From assembly GCA_010909165.1 (NCBI GenBank), contig VJWM01000025.1, positions 1,426,001 through 1,490,000 on the forward strand: 64,000 nucleotides of DNA. The letters are read 5' to 3'. Shown here piece after piece: positions 7,661-18,957 of this stretch. The stretch comes from Anthoceros angustus. Its lineage: Eukaryota; Plantae; Anthocerotophyta. Every line of letters begins with the position of its first letter. The stretch's first letter is position 1. The notes under the pieces were generated by a model that saw nothing but the letters and a program-made list of their open reading frames with translations, searched no databases and was not told the origin of the DNA. The translations under genes and the position numbers were made by a program.

Positions 7661-10189
7661 GTATATGTTTGATTGAGGGAAAAAGGGGCAACGAAGGTGG
7701 ACTTCGGGGGTCAAGGTGAGAAGGAGCGACTAAGTTCCTTACCTAAAGTTACCTACTGCTCCTAGAACATCATATGCAGGCAGAACAAATGGCCTGCAAA
7801 CTACGGAGGAAGAGCAAGAAGCGTCACCTGCCGCCGCTGCCTTGTGAAGGATTGCCGTCGAGAGGTCCCTTTGAGAGTCAAAGCACAGCATGGTGACCAC
7901 AACTTGTGGAAACGCGGAAACCGTCCCTAGTTGGCATGTTGGAGTTTTGTGGAATATGTTTTATGCATAAATATTGTCAAATTGATCTCAATTTTGTTCT
8001 ACATTACGTTTTTTGGGAGGAGAATTTTGTTGAATTTTTTTCCCACAAAAACATACATAACATATATCATTATCATTATTACCTGAATTAACGGTGGGAC
8101 AAATGACAACCTGAGGGACTAAGTACCCCTTGTCCACCTGCGGAATGCGCCGTTGCGCGCGGGCGCGACCACATGTGTTGATTAGGTTTTGCAAAGCGAG
8201 TGTTTTGGGGGCGGACTCTTCATGTAACAGACGTTTAGACGTAAGCGCGTCGTGGAGGCCAGCATTTACAGTGTGTGCACAGACTCGTTTGCACTCGTGA
8301 CGTGGAAGCTGGAAGTGTGGCCGGCTTATATTCGTTTGTGGGTGGCCGCGGGGCGTAAGAGCTGGGTTTTGATCGATTGGAGGCTGCTTGATTTTGGAGG
8401 TTGTTTCTAACATGGTCTTTGTTTGCTAGGAGGGTGCTAGTGTGGTGGTGCTAGGAGGGTGCTAGTGTGGTGGTGGGGCATTTTGAGTGTTGTCGTGAAG
8501 CGTGAAAAGTTTGGGACTACCGGTGTCCCGAGTATGAGCTTGTCCCGGGGCAACTCCACCAATCTTAGCTGTGAGGACTATGGGACTGCCTTGTCCCATA
8601 GCCGGGAGCCCCAGCCTTGTGGACCGCCATGTCCCATGGTTGAGCCCCGGCAGCCCGCAGGGATCGCCATGTCCCATGGCCGATCTGGTTGTAGCTCCCT
8701 TGCCTCCTATTGCCAGCCCACTTATCGTCCCAAAGATTCGCGACCCAGAGCTCGAATGGGGCCAAAGTTTCCCCAGTATGAGTCCGCCACAAAGGGTCCC
8801 CTTGCAAAGAACAAAATATGCTGGGAGAGCATCGCTCCTACAAAGGGATCCAGCGCAATGGCGGATTCACGAGATTTCTTGAAGATTTCTTGGCCAGCCA
8901 GCCTACTACCGAGCCTGAATCGAGCCTTGGCGCCTTGTTGGGAAGCACGCGCTGAGCAAAAAACACACAGATCTGATCGATCTTGGACAAATATTCTTGG
9001 TAGCTCTTGTCAATTTAGTCTTTTGGTGGAGTCAGTCTACTTTTTGTGTATGAATAGCTGCAAAACTACCCTGGAAGGAAACCATCCCAATACGGATCCG
9101 ATCCAAGGGTACTCAACCCTAGAAGGACGAAGCGGGTTTCTCACCATTTTGAGCCAACTCACTATCGATAAACAATTATACTAAAATAATTAGGCTCAGC
9201 CCTTCGCTGCACAATTAGCAAAACCTTGCATTCATTCGTTCTACGTTTTCGAGAAAATAACCGGACACAAGCAAGCTTCCACCGACTTTTTCTGGCGTGA
9301 AGATATGAGGCTATTGCACCGAGGACGGAAAGACGGGAAGCAGCATCTTCGATCGGCTACAAAATCTTTATGCTGAGCTCATCAGATGCGGCTGAGCATC
9401 CTCATAAGATCAAGCTGAACACCCTCGTAAGATCCCACCCCAAACCGATATTCCTACCAAGCCCTGCGATTTTTTTGATCACAAAATGACCTCTACACAA
9501 CAACCAGTGGTCGAGCAGCTCGGGAATCTCTTCAAATCTCATCGTTCGATGAGCCCTTGTACGTAGACTAGTAGACAGGGCAGATTTTCCTGCGGTTAAA
9601 TCAAGCATGCCAAACTTCGCTCAAGGGACCCCCAATCGTGAGGCTTCGCAAAAACAAATCACGGCCCGGAAAAGAGCGAGAATCGAGTCAAAATTCATCC
9701 TTCCGGGGTTAAGGTGGTCGCAAGTTGACCACTAGTTGCAGCTTAACTTGCATCCTCACAGGCTAATAGGTATGTTCTCTGGCACTACGCAGTTGTCAAT
9801 GCTCTCCCTGCTTCCCTTAGTGCCAATTCCAGTAAGCCCGACTCTACCCTGCTCTCAGTTCCTTGCCTCTTCAACAAAATGGCTCGTCTGGTATATCGGT
9901 CACGGATGGCACATCACCAGTCTCACATCCGAACTACAGTCTGCACATGAAAGGGAAGTCTGTTGACAAAACCCGAAACGAGTTAGACAGCAGAGCTCTC
10001 GCAAACACAAAAACAGTGAAGACGTTTGACGACTCTCGAACAGAACCAGCACAGAACTGTGGCCGGAAAACTGAATAAATGATGCAAGCTGGTAATACAA
10101 CAGGCTGCTTGAGTGTTGCATTCCAGACAGACGCTGGGGACAAAATTTAAACGAGCTTGAAATAACAGCCCGCAGGCACCGAGGCAAGG

Positions 10190-10749
10190 CTATTCCTCAT
10201 CCTCGGCCTCGTTGTCGGCGATATTGAAGTATCGCAATTCATACATGTTCCTATCCTTATTGGAGGCTATGACTCGCAGCCAGTCCCTCACGTTGTGCTT
10301 CTTCAAGTACTTCTTCGTCAAGTACTTCAGGTACCTGCAAACAACCACCAGGGGAGTCATTCACATCCGAACAGCAAAGGAATCCCTGACCGCAAAAATA
10401 ACCTAACAGGTCATCCAGCAGAAGGCTCGGTCCGACCTAAAGAGCAGGGGTGCTACCAACAAATTCCAAACCATCGCCAACAGCTAAGGCTGTCAACTAA
10501 CCTCTTCGAGAAAGCAGCCTCGGAGGTGACGCTTATTCTGTTGTTTTGACGTGCGATCGTGACGATGTCGCCCAGGACGCCCGCCTTGCCTCCAACCTTG
10601 ATCCTCTCTTGTAAAAACTTCTCGAAGGAAGCAATGTCCATGATCTTGTCCTCCACAGGCTTCCCGCAGTCGATGGTAAACGTGGAAGCCCTCTTCTTAC
10701 TCTTGGGACCCTGGCCCTTCTTGGCCGCAGCCACAGCAGCCGGCGCCAT
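10190..10749 (-). CDS. RPL22: 60S ribosomal protein L22e
   Basis: Exons 10749-10502 and 10334-10190: [34 protein letters not shown]...FSKR|[47 protein letters not shown]. Confidence 0.98.
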
Positions 10750-11259
10750 CGCTACAACAAACGTGCTGGAAATACGGTATGCGGGACTTCGGTCCAAATA
10801 TATAGGCCTTAGGTTTAGGGATACATATGTACGCTGCTATACTTCCATCCAGGCAAGTACACATACAGACAACAGATGTCTGGATCAGAGCCGCGCTATC
10901 AGTGCCACCCGAGGGGAAATCTGCCAAGGGAATGCGCCTGTTGGCAGATTCAGAAAAAGCGTATCAGGAATCGAGACGTGTGGCAGAAGCCACAGCCGGT
11001 ATGGGCTTGATTTGAGATGAGCGGGAAAGGATGACTCCCTGGTGGAAGGGGCAGCAGAAGCATAGAGGTCCTTTGACTATTGTCGAAGTAGGAAATGATC
11101 TCGTGAAGGAGGTTGTGTAGCGCAATTTGTTTTTCCTTGTGTCTGGAACGAGGATGGAGACCCAGGGCAGGAAACATTGCGAGGTACCATACAGACACTG
11201 CACTATTATTCTAGGTTTCAGGTTATCCATGGCCCGGACGCGCACCTTAAGCTGGAAGC

Positions 11260-11897
11260 ATGGGGAGGGTGAACTATGCACTGAACTCCTCTTCTATGCA
11301 GGCAGTACTGGTATTTCATGAGAACTCAAACATAGAGATAACCGGTGCAGTCATACGTTGCCTGTTACCTGGTGCTTGCTTGAATGACGAGGTCATGAAC
11401 CTGTACATGGAATTGCTGAAGGAACGGGAGTTAAGAGAGCCGGAAAGGTTCCTCAACTGCCATTCCTCAAGGATAAGCAACGTCAGGACTACGAGGCAGT
11501 TCGGAGATGAATTTCTCAGAGGATAATTGTTTACTGAGTCTGATAAGATCCTTGTCCCTGTCCATCAAGGCATGCACTGATACCTTGCTATCGTCAATGT
11601 AATGGACAAGAAGGTGAAGGATGTACTTGGATTCTCTCGGAGGGGACGATCCAAATGAATTGCAAGTTATTTCGCAGTACTTTGCCGATGAGATCAAGGA
11701 CAAGTCTGGTCACCATGTAGATGTAAATGACAGGAATTCTCATGCTCACATGACATTCCTGAGCAGCTCAATGAGTGTGACTGCGGCTTGTTCATGTTGA
11801 AGTACGCAGATTTCCTCAGCCGATGGGCTAGTCAATGCCTCTCGCAGGTGCACATGGATTTTTTCCGGAGGAAAAGAGCACGGGAGATACTCCAGTG
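11260..11897 (+). pseudogene. Intronless Ulp1/ESD4-type SUMO protease (C48) pseudogene
   Basis: VLVFHENSNIEITG...LNDEVMNLYMELLKERELREPERFLNCH, DYEAVRR*, DKILVPVHQGMH*YLAIVN, EQLNECDCGLFMLKYADFLSR, HMDFFRRKRAREILQ. Stops at conserved Trp codons, frameshifts and no introns. Confidence 0.88.
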
Positions 11898-12269
11898 ACC
11901 CGCAAACTGGGCAGCAGATTCAGAAGCATATATTTTGTCGGTGTTCCGCTCTTGATGACGTTCTCGACCTTTTGGGCAGTTAGAGGGTTGCAAGGCCCAT
12001 CGGGTAACATGAGATGGTATTCAATTCTTTTTCAGGACCTTGAATGCACTGGGGCTCCTGTGCTGAGTCCGCAGCAACAAATTGGAGGCAATTGTGTTGA
12101 AAACTTGCAATTGAAAGGTTGGACCACCGAATGCTCTGTATGGGAGACACAGCAAGGTGAAAACAAGACAGTTGATGGCCCACCCTGTGAAGGATCAGCT
12201 GTAGTCCCCCCTGCATCTTTGCCCATACATATGATCTTGCCTTGTTTAACATTTTATTCAAACCTGGTG

Positions 12270-12380
12270 AGAGTAGAATGGAACGTGATCCCAGGAACAG
12301 GCTTCCTTGTGGGCGCCAAGCACACGCTGACGCCACATTGCCTCATGTACATTGTGCGGACCCAGCAGATACCTCCCGAT
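12270..12380 (+). pseudogene. Possible SNM1/PSO2-type metallo-beta-lactamase gene fragment
   Basis: EWNVIPGTGFLVGAKHTLTPHC resembles recalled plant SNM1-like WN.IPGTPFRVDAF..LT..C. An HVHCAD (HxHxD-like) segment follows in a shifted frame. Short match only. Confidence 0.35.
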
Positions 12381-12637
12381 GGCCGTGAAGTGGCAGCCAG
12401 TAGACAGTTGAGTTTCCTCTGGTAAGAACATGAACGCGTCGGCTCCCGTCCGGTAACAACGAACGTCAACGGGCCACCTTCAGCTGAAACGGGTAACTGC
12501 CGCCCGTGCATACCACAGACATTTCTGTAATGCTGTTGTGCGCGTGTTGCGCGGCCAAGTTCTCGTCGAAGATTCCAGGATCACAGCCGTGTACAATTAA
12601 CGAGCACCTTTCCTTTCTTATTCCTCTTGTAAAAAAG

Positions 12638-15600
12638 CTACTTTGGTCTTCCTTTACTCTGGGGATGCTTCTCATCACCAACCATGAAACTATGCACGAG
12701 CCCATCCTTGTCTGTCCACGAGCTCCGACCTGGCTGCTTCCATGCGCTGATTCGCTCTCTCATAGCCTGCATCTTCCGAGCTTGCTCCCACATCTGAGCA
12801 CCCGTGAATATGTTTGACATCAACACGTACGCTGCAGCATCTCTTTCATCTAGCTTAACTGCTTCATTGAAAGCATGGAGTCCCACCTCCACATTGCCCC
12901 ACTTTCGACAAGCACCCAACAGAGTGTGCCAAACAGCACCATTAGGCTGCACAGGCATTGTCCTTACTAGAGCTAGTGCCTCATGCAGATGGCCTGCACG
13001 ACCCAAAAGATCTACCATGCATGTGTAGTGATCCTCTGTGGGAGTAATGCCATTATCTCTGTTCATAGCCTGAAAGGACTCCCACCCCTTGTTGACTAGT
13101 CCCGCATGACTGCACACCGTTAGTAGACTAAGATATGTGATACTGTCCAACGGTAAGCCATCAGCCATCATTCTCTGAACCAGGTCAAAGACCACTTCAC
13201 TGTCTCCTTGACAGGCGTAGCCTGCAATCAGTGCATTCCAAACCACAAAGTCTTTTTCATCCAACACATCAAACACCTGCTGTGCATCGACCATGCTCCC
13301 ACACTTTCCGTACATGTTAATCAAACTGCCTGCTACAAACTGATCACCTTGAAGACCTTGTTCTACAATCTGTGCATGTAGCAGCCTTCCCAGGTATAAA
13401 GCTGCCACATTGGCACATGCCTGCAGGAGGCACACAAATGTTACAGAATCGGGTGCAGCCATGCCTCCTTCCTGCATGGCACTAAAGAGGCGGAGGGCTT
13501 CGTGCTCCATCCTCTGCTGGCAATATCCTGCAATCATGGCATTCCAAGTCACCACATCTTTATGAGCAAGTCCATCAAACACCTTCTTTGCATCTTCCAA
13601 GCTGCCACACTTTGCATACATGGTCACCAAACTGTTGGCTACAAATACATCAGCTTGATGCCCTTGCTTTCTGATTTGGGCATGAAGCTGCTTCCCCTTC
13701 TCCAATGCCAGGGTGCCCACACTAGCACATGCCTGCAGGAGGCACACAAATGTCATGGTATCGGGTACAGCCACGCCTCCTTCTTGCATAGAACTATACA
13801 GACTGAGGGCTTCATGGCCCCTACCCTTCTGAGAATATCCTGCTACCATGGCAGTCCACGTAACCACATTCTTTTCATCAAGTCTGTCGAAAAGTCTCTG
13901 AGCTTCTTCCAAGCTGCCACATTTTGCATACATATTCACCAAACTGCTGGCGACGAACACATCAGCTTGGTGACCACGTTCTCTAATTTCACTGTGAAGT
14001 TGCTTCCCCTTCTCCAACGCTGAGGGACCGACAGATGCACATGCCTGCAAGAGGCAAACAAATGTTACAGAATTGGGTATTGCCATGCCACCTGCTTGCA
14101 TAGCACTGTAAAGGCGGAGGGCTTCCTGCCCCATGCCCCGCTGAGAATATCCTGCTATCATGGCAGTCCACGTCACCACGTCTTTCTGAACAAGTCCGTC
14201 AAACAGTCGCTGGGCGTCTTCTAGACTTCCACACTTTGCATACATGTTCACCAAACTGCTGGATAGAAACGCATCAGCTTGGTATCCTGCTTCCCTAATC
14301 TGTGTATGAAGCTGCTTCCCCTCCTCCAACGCCGGGGTGCCCACACTCGCACATGCCTGCAGGAGGCACAAAAAGGTCACAGAGTTGGGTACAGCTATGC
14401 CTTCGTCTTGCATAGCGCTGTAGAGGCGAAGGGCTTCCTGCCCCATACCCCGCTGAGAATATCCTGCTATCATGGCAGTCCACGTCACCACATTTTTTTC
14501 CTTAAGGCCATCAAACAGCCTCTGGGCGTCTTCCAAGCTGCCACACTTTGCATACATGTTCACTAAACTGTTGGCTACAAAAACATCAGACTGATGTCCT
14601 TGTTCTCTAACCAGGGCATGAAGGTGCTTCCCCTTCTCCAATGCTGGGATGCCGACACTTGCACATGCCTGCAAGAGGCACACGAATGTCACAGCATTGG
14701 GTACAGCCACACCTTCTTCTTCCATGGCACTGTAGAGCCGAAGGGCTTCCTGCCCCATGCCACGCTGAGAGTACCCTGCTATCATGGCAGTCCAGGTCAC
14801 CACATCTTTCCGACCAAGTCCATCAAACAGCCTCTTGGCATCCTCCAAGCTGCCACACTTGGCGTACATGTCCACCAAGCAACTGTACACAAACAGATCA
14901 GGCTCCACGCCAGTGGCCAACACAGCAGCATGAACCTCCTGCCCGGATTTCAGGTCTCCGCCCCTTGCACAAGCCTTCAGAACTGCCACAAACACATAAC
15001 CATCTGCCTTCACATTCGACCGGCACATCCGACGATACAACCCTATGGCCTCCCTCGCTCGCCCCTGCTTCACATGCGCAGAAATAACGGAACCCCACAT
15101 GAAGGCATCTGGCTGGTCAACCACTTCAAACACATCCATCGCGTCTTGCAACCTGCCATTAGAGGCATACAACCGCAAAACATAGTTGCACATGAACATC
15201 TCCGCCTGGTACCCCATCCTCACCATCAAAGCATGCATGCGGATACCCAAAACAAGATCGTTCTCCAATACACATTTCTTCAACACTTCGCAAAACAGTG
15301 CTTTGGAAATACAACCTTCCTTCTGCACCAAAACTCCCAGACCCTCAACAGCCTCAGCGAGGTGGCCATCACAACACAGCCTGTTCACCATCCCAGCTGT
15401 CACAATGCTGTCGTCACCTGCAGGCCTGCGTGGCATCTCCAAATCCAGAGCAGCAAGCTGCGCATCCACCCAGCCCAGCTGGTACAAACTGTTCAACCAG
15501 AGGACCTCCCGGCACTGCCTGTGCCGGAAGTCAGGCACCCAGAGGCTCACCCCATTTTGCCTGCCATCCAAACCAAGTGTAGGGTCCCGATACCCGGACC

Positions 15601-15898
15601 CCCGTCCAGCAAGAAATCCTCTTGGACGGGCTGGCGTTTTTGCAGAGCTGCTGCTGCTGCACCTCCCGACTTGGTTGTGCGCCCACAGATGGTTGCTCGG
15701 AGTCAGGCGACCGGGAGCTCTCCCTATACTCATCGCCAAACCATGACATTGTTGCGACCAGGAAGACGGTCCCCACGACAGGTCAGTGTTGCTGGACTGA
15801 ATTCCAACGCTCCAGACACCCATTTCTCGAAGCTGCACACCCTCAGCTTTCGCATCCGAGCGACCCGGGCATCCCAGATGGATCACTCCGTCAGTCAA
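12638..15898 (-). CDS. PLS-class PPR protein with E1/E2 and a DYW domain truncated after the PG box (organellar RNA-editing specificity factor)
   Basis: About 23 P/L/S motifs (VTWTAMIAGY; VTFVCLLQAC; SLVNMYAKCGSLED), E motifs, then KQPGRSSWTDKDGLVHSFMVGDEKHPQS and a stop. No HxE or CxxC. True start codon uncertain. Confidence 0.95.
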   Translation of the reverse strand: MTDGVIHLGCPGRSDAKAEGVQLREMGVWSVGIQSSNTDLSWGPSSWSQQCHGLAMSIGRAPGRLTPSNHLWAHNQVGRCSSSSSAKTPARPRGFLAGRGSGYRDPTLGLDGRQNGVSLWVPDFRHRQCREVLWLNSLYQLGWVDAQLAALDLEMPRRPAGDDSIVTAGMVNRLCCDGHLAEAVEGLGVLVQKEGCISKALFCEVLKKCVLENDLVLGIRMHALMVRMGYQAEMFMCNYVLRLYASNGRLQDAMDVFEVVDQPDAFMWGSVISAHVKQGRAREAIGLYRRMCRSNVKADGYVFVAVLKACARGGDLKSGQEVHAAVLATGVEPDLFVYSCLVDMYAKCGSLEDAKRLFDGLGRKDVVTWTAMIAGYSQRGMGQEALRLYSAMEEEGVAVPNAVTFVCLLQACASVGIPALEKGKHLHALVREQGHQSDVFVANSLVNMYAKCGSLEDAQRLFDGLKEKNVVTWTAMIAGYSQRGMGQEALRLYSAMQDEGIAVPNSVTFLCLLQACASVGTPALEEGKQLHTQIREAGYQADAFLSSSLVNMYAKCGSLEDAQRLFDGLVQKDVVTWTAMIAGYSQRGMGQEALRLYSAMQAGGMAIPNSVTFVCLLQACASVGPSALEKGKQLHSEIRERGHQADVFVASSLVNMYAKCGSLEEAQRLFDRLDEKNVVTWTAMVAGYSQKGRGHEALSLYSSMQEGGVAVPDTMTFVCLLQACASVGTLALEKGKQLHAQIRKQGHQADVFVANSLVTMYAKCGSLEDAKKVFDGLAHKDVVTWNAMIAGYCQQRMEHEALRLFSAMQEGGMAAPDSVTFVCLLQACANVAALYLGRLLHAQIVEQGLQGDQFVAGSLINMYGKCGSMVDAQQVFDVLDEKDFVVWNALIAGYACQGDSEVVFDLVQRMMADGLPLDSITYLSLLTVCSHAGLVNKGWESFQAMNRDNGITPTEDHYTCMVDLLGRAGHLHEALALVRTMPVQPNGAVWHTLLGACRKWGNVEVGLHAFNEAVKLDERDAAAYVLMSNIFTGAQMWEQARKMQAMRERISAWKQPGRSSWTDKDGLVHSFMVGDEKHPQSKGRPK
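13290..14950 (-). repeat. 312-bp-period intragenic tandem repeat (PLS triplets)
   Basis: The anchor aagctgccaca(c)ttt recurs at 13599, 13911, 14223 (variant), 14535 and 14847, exactly 312 nt apart. Confidence 0.92.
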
Positions 15899-16372
15899 GA
15901 AATAAACTCATACATCTCTTGACACATTGTCGAACTGTTTGTCAAAAATAAGTGGGAGAAGGTCGGGTGGTTATGACGAGGGAAATGCTCCATCTGAATG
16001 GTTGGGTACGACAGATTGCCACCAACCAAGACATCACCGTGGAGATTCCTATCAGTCAGGAACAGCGAGCACACGATTACTGCAAACAACAACGAAAACC
16101 TCAGACAACAAGCTTGCAGGCGGGAAAAATGTGAGACCTACTTTAGTGATGTGGGGAGGAATTTTGTTCGTTGCAAGGGAGTTAGAGGAAGCTTGGGAGA
16201 GAAACTTCGATGCAGCTCCTGGTATGCCGCCTAATCGAAATGAACCAAAATGCGCCTCTAACTTCAGTCCAGAAGCCTGATGCTCCTAGATGTCATCGAA
16301 GGGCCTTACAAGGTCGATCGAGGCAATTCTGTTTGTTATTGCCGTCTGCTTCTCGATCGCAGCGCAAGCATC

Positions 16373-17767
16373 ATGGCTGCACTCAGCTCTGCGTCTGCGG
16401 CCTGCCACCATCTGCATGCGGTCGCCGCATCATCCCGGCGAGAGCTTTCTGCAGTGGAGAATCGCGCCGGGCTGCGCTTGACAACCGTGCAATTTGCAAT
16501 GAAGCCTCTCAAGGTCCCGATCAGACGAGGTTCTGGAGGCCGGATGTTATACGCTAGCGCTAGCGCTAGCCCTAGTTCATCCTTTTCCTCCGAGTCTCCT
16601 TTCCCAGTGGAAGAAGATGAGATCAAGGAGGCTGTGACGGCTGAAGGCCGGCCTGTGAGCCGCTTGTCGCAGGCGGATTTTGTGAAGGAGGCGGTCCGGA
16701 GGCTGTCGCAAGAGGATCTGGAGGTGGCAGTGCGCAAGTACAATTTGGAGGACGAGCTGTTCGCGGAAGTGGATTATGCGCAGGTGAATGCCTTCACTGA
16801 TCGGGCCTTCAGTGGCAACCCGGCTGCGGTGTGCTATCTCCCCTACGCCGACGACTCACGGTGGCTTCAGCTAATTGCTCGAGAATTCAATCTGTCGGAA
16901 ACGGCCTTCGTGGTGAAGCGGCAAGGCTCGAGTCCGGAGGAAGGGCAAGCGGACGAGGATGAGGATGAGGATGAGGAGGAGCCCGTAGCTCCGGAAGAAG
17001 TCATCGACTTCGACCTCCGGTGGTTCACGCCCAGAGTGGAAGTGGATCTGTGCGGCCATGCCACCTTAGCTTCAGCTCACCTTCTGTTTGCTGCGGGCGT
17101 CGTGGAAGGCGACCTCATTCGCTTCCACACCAGATCAGGGATTCTACAAGCCAGAAAGGTGCAGGGATACGACGAATCGGTGGAACAAGGCAAGAAAAGA
17201 CCGTCCGGCAAGGGCGTGGTGGAGCTGGACTTCCCTATTTCAACAGCAACACAAATCGTTGGCGAACAGGTGCGGAAGCTTGCAACCGGGCTGGGGCTTG
17301 AACAGCAGCAGGTGGTTTGGGCTGGAGCCACTAGTCTTGGGGATTTCCTTCTGGAACTGGCGTCCTGGGAGCATGTGGAGGAAGTGAAGCCCATACTACA
17401 TCTGCTGGACGACTTGCCCGGCCGGGGCGGAGTCATCGTCACTTCCCGCGCCAAGCCTGGCAGCGGCTACCACATCGTCTCCCGCTTTTTTTGCCCTAAA
17501 GCTGGCGTCGCTGAAGATCCTGTCACAGGCAGCGCGCATTGCACGCTCGGCTGGTACTGGAGCTCCAAGCTAGGCATAAGCAGTCTGGAAGCCTACCAAG
17601 CGTCGGAGCGTGGCGGCTCCATATCCGTCCGGGTGGACGAGCAGGCCGGCAGAGTGTTTCTCCGAGGGGCTGCCGTCTTGGTCATGGCTGGCGTCATTCT
17701 CAACCCTGTCACCCCGGGGTCAGGGCCGTCTAAAACTGACGACAACTTTCCCTCGGTAGCTACTTAG
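16373..17767 (+). CDS. PhzC/PhzF-family (DAP-epimerase fold) protein with probable plastid transit peptide
   Basis: VNAFTDRAFSGNPAAVC, EFNLSETAF, LRWFTPRVEVDLCGHATLA, SRFFCPKAGVAEDPVTGSAHC, RGG. Ser/Ala/Arg-rich N-terminus. Single exon. Confidence 0.95.
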   Translation: MAALSSASAACHHLHAVAASSRRELSAVENRAGLRLTTVQFAMKPLKVPIRRGSGGRMLYASASASPSSSFSSESPFPVEEDEIKEAVTAEGRPVSRLSQADFVKEAVRRLSQEDLEVAVRKYNLEDELFAEVDYAQVNAFTDRAFSGNPAAVCYLPYADDSRWLQLIAREFNLSETAFVVKRQGSSPEEGQADEDEDEDEEEPVAPEEVIDFDLRWFTPRVEVDLCGHATLASAHLLFAAGVVEGDLIRFHTRSGILQARKVQGYDESVEQGKKRPSGKGVVELDFPISTATQIVGEQVRKLATGLGLEQQQVVWAGATSLGDFLLELASWEHVEEVKPILHLLDDLPGRGGVIVTSRAKPGSGYHIVSRFFCPKAGVAEDPVTGSAHCTLGWYWSSKLGISSLEAYQASERGGSISVRVDEQAGRVFLRGAAVLVMAGVILNPVTPGSGPSKTDDNFPSVAT

Positions 17768-17963
17768 ATTTTGGAAACCGATACGAGGCCGACCAATTTT
17801 GTATGTAGCTGGTCCAGCTTTACTTCTCCGATTTTGCGTTGTCCTAATTGGGTGTCTGTCTGACTTGCCCGAATTTGAGTTGAGAATGTTTCAATTTTTC
17901 AAAGAGGCATGATCCGAAACTCCTTGCGGGAACGACTTGCTAGAAGAAAGTTTGAGATCTGCT

Positions 17964-17972
17964 AAACCCTAA
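17964..17972 (+). promoter_or_regulatory. Telo-box (AAACCCTAA) about 190 bp upstream of ARPC5
   Basis: Exact motif in promoter position. A second copy (TAGGGTTT) lies at 48755-48762 upstream of the MscS-like gene. Confidence 0.35.
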
Positions 17973-18164
17973 ACTTCGCACAGACCGGAAGGCGAAAGAG
18001 CTCGTCCTGGTGCTGATGCTGCATCTCTCTCACAGCCAGCCTTGCGGTGCGTTTCCCGTGTGCAAAGCATAACTGGAGACCGGACAGCTCACAATAACTC
18101 CCCGCGCGAGATTCCTTAGCCACATTCCCCATCCTCATACAACCCGTTTGCACCTCACCTTCAC

Positions 18165-18862
18165 ATGGCGGACGATGATGACGGCCATCTGGAGGCAGAG
18201 GCATTTGTGGAGACGGAACGCGCAGAGGCGATCATCGACCGGATCGAGCACAAAACTCGCAGAGTGGAGAGATTCATACGATTGTGTGTACTTTCCAGCC
18301 TCTTTGTGCCAGGGTCAGTAGGCCGGCCCGTACTGACCAGGGATCGTGGTGTGGACAGGTCTCAATTCACCGAGGCACTGAGCACGTCTTTGGAGGATCC
18401 TCCGACGAAGACGAGGGATGATCTATGTAAGGTGAGAAACCTAAACTTTTGCAAATCCATTGCTTAGACGCGGCAACGGCAGGTGTGAGCAGAAGGAAGC
18501 TGAATTTTGTCCGTTTTGTGACCAGTCTGCGAATTGGCTGGTGGTCCATCGTGCATTGATGGCTGCCAAAGATGTGGATTCTCTGCTGGCTAATCTGGAC
18601 TCGGATTATTACGACATTCTGATGAAGTGAGTTTATGTCTTCGCTAGTCTAAGGTCGTTTGAATCGTCGTTTCATGCGGATGTGTGCCATGGCGTTAATT
18701 GCCACCTCCACTTTCTTGTGATACAGATATGTGTACAAAGGGCTGTCAACAGGAGACAGGCCAACTTGTGATCAGTGTCTCCGATTACATGAGAAGCTTG
18801 TAGAGAAGGCTGGGATGGGATGTATTATGCGTGCTCTCTGTGATACTGCTAATACTGTCTAG
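18165..18862 (+). CDS. ARPC5: Actin-related protein 2/3 complex subunit 5
   Basis: Four exons (~18165-18283, 18359-18431, 18526-18625, 18727-18862): AEAIIDRIEHKTRR...EALSTSLEDPPTKTRDDLCK|SANWLVVHRALMAAKD...YYDILMK|YVYKGLSTGDRPTCDQCL...TANTV*. Confidence 0.96.
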
Positions 18863-18957
18863 GCTGAGATGGCAACAGCACGAGGAAACGGACCTCGTAG
18901 CACCATACCATAAGTCAGTACATATGAGGTTAACTCTGAAGTTAAATAGAGCTGGCT

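Noticed and set aside
7900-9750. Possible Ty3/gypsy integrase remnant (QPDRPWDMA...LVELPRD...FSRF on the minus strand) and the 241-aa plus-strand ORF at 8459-9184
   Set aside because: Similarity is too weak to support by eye, there are no LTRs or RT motifs, and the ORF has no recognisable domain.
10950-11198. LINE RT-like phrase HNLLHEIISYF
   Set aside because: Neighbouring RT motifs are absent or in the wrong order.
14594-15922. 442-aa plus-strand ORF
   Set aside because: Antisense shadow of the repetitive PPR gene, with no independent domain signal.
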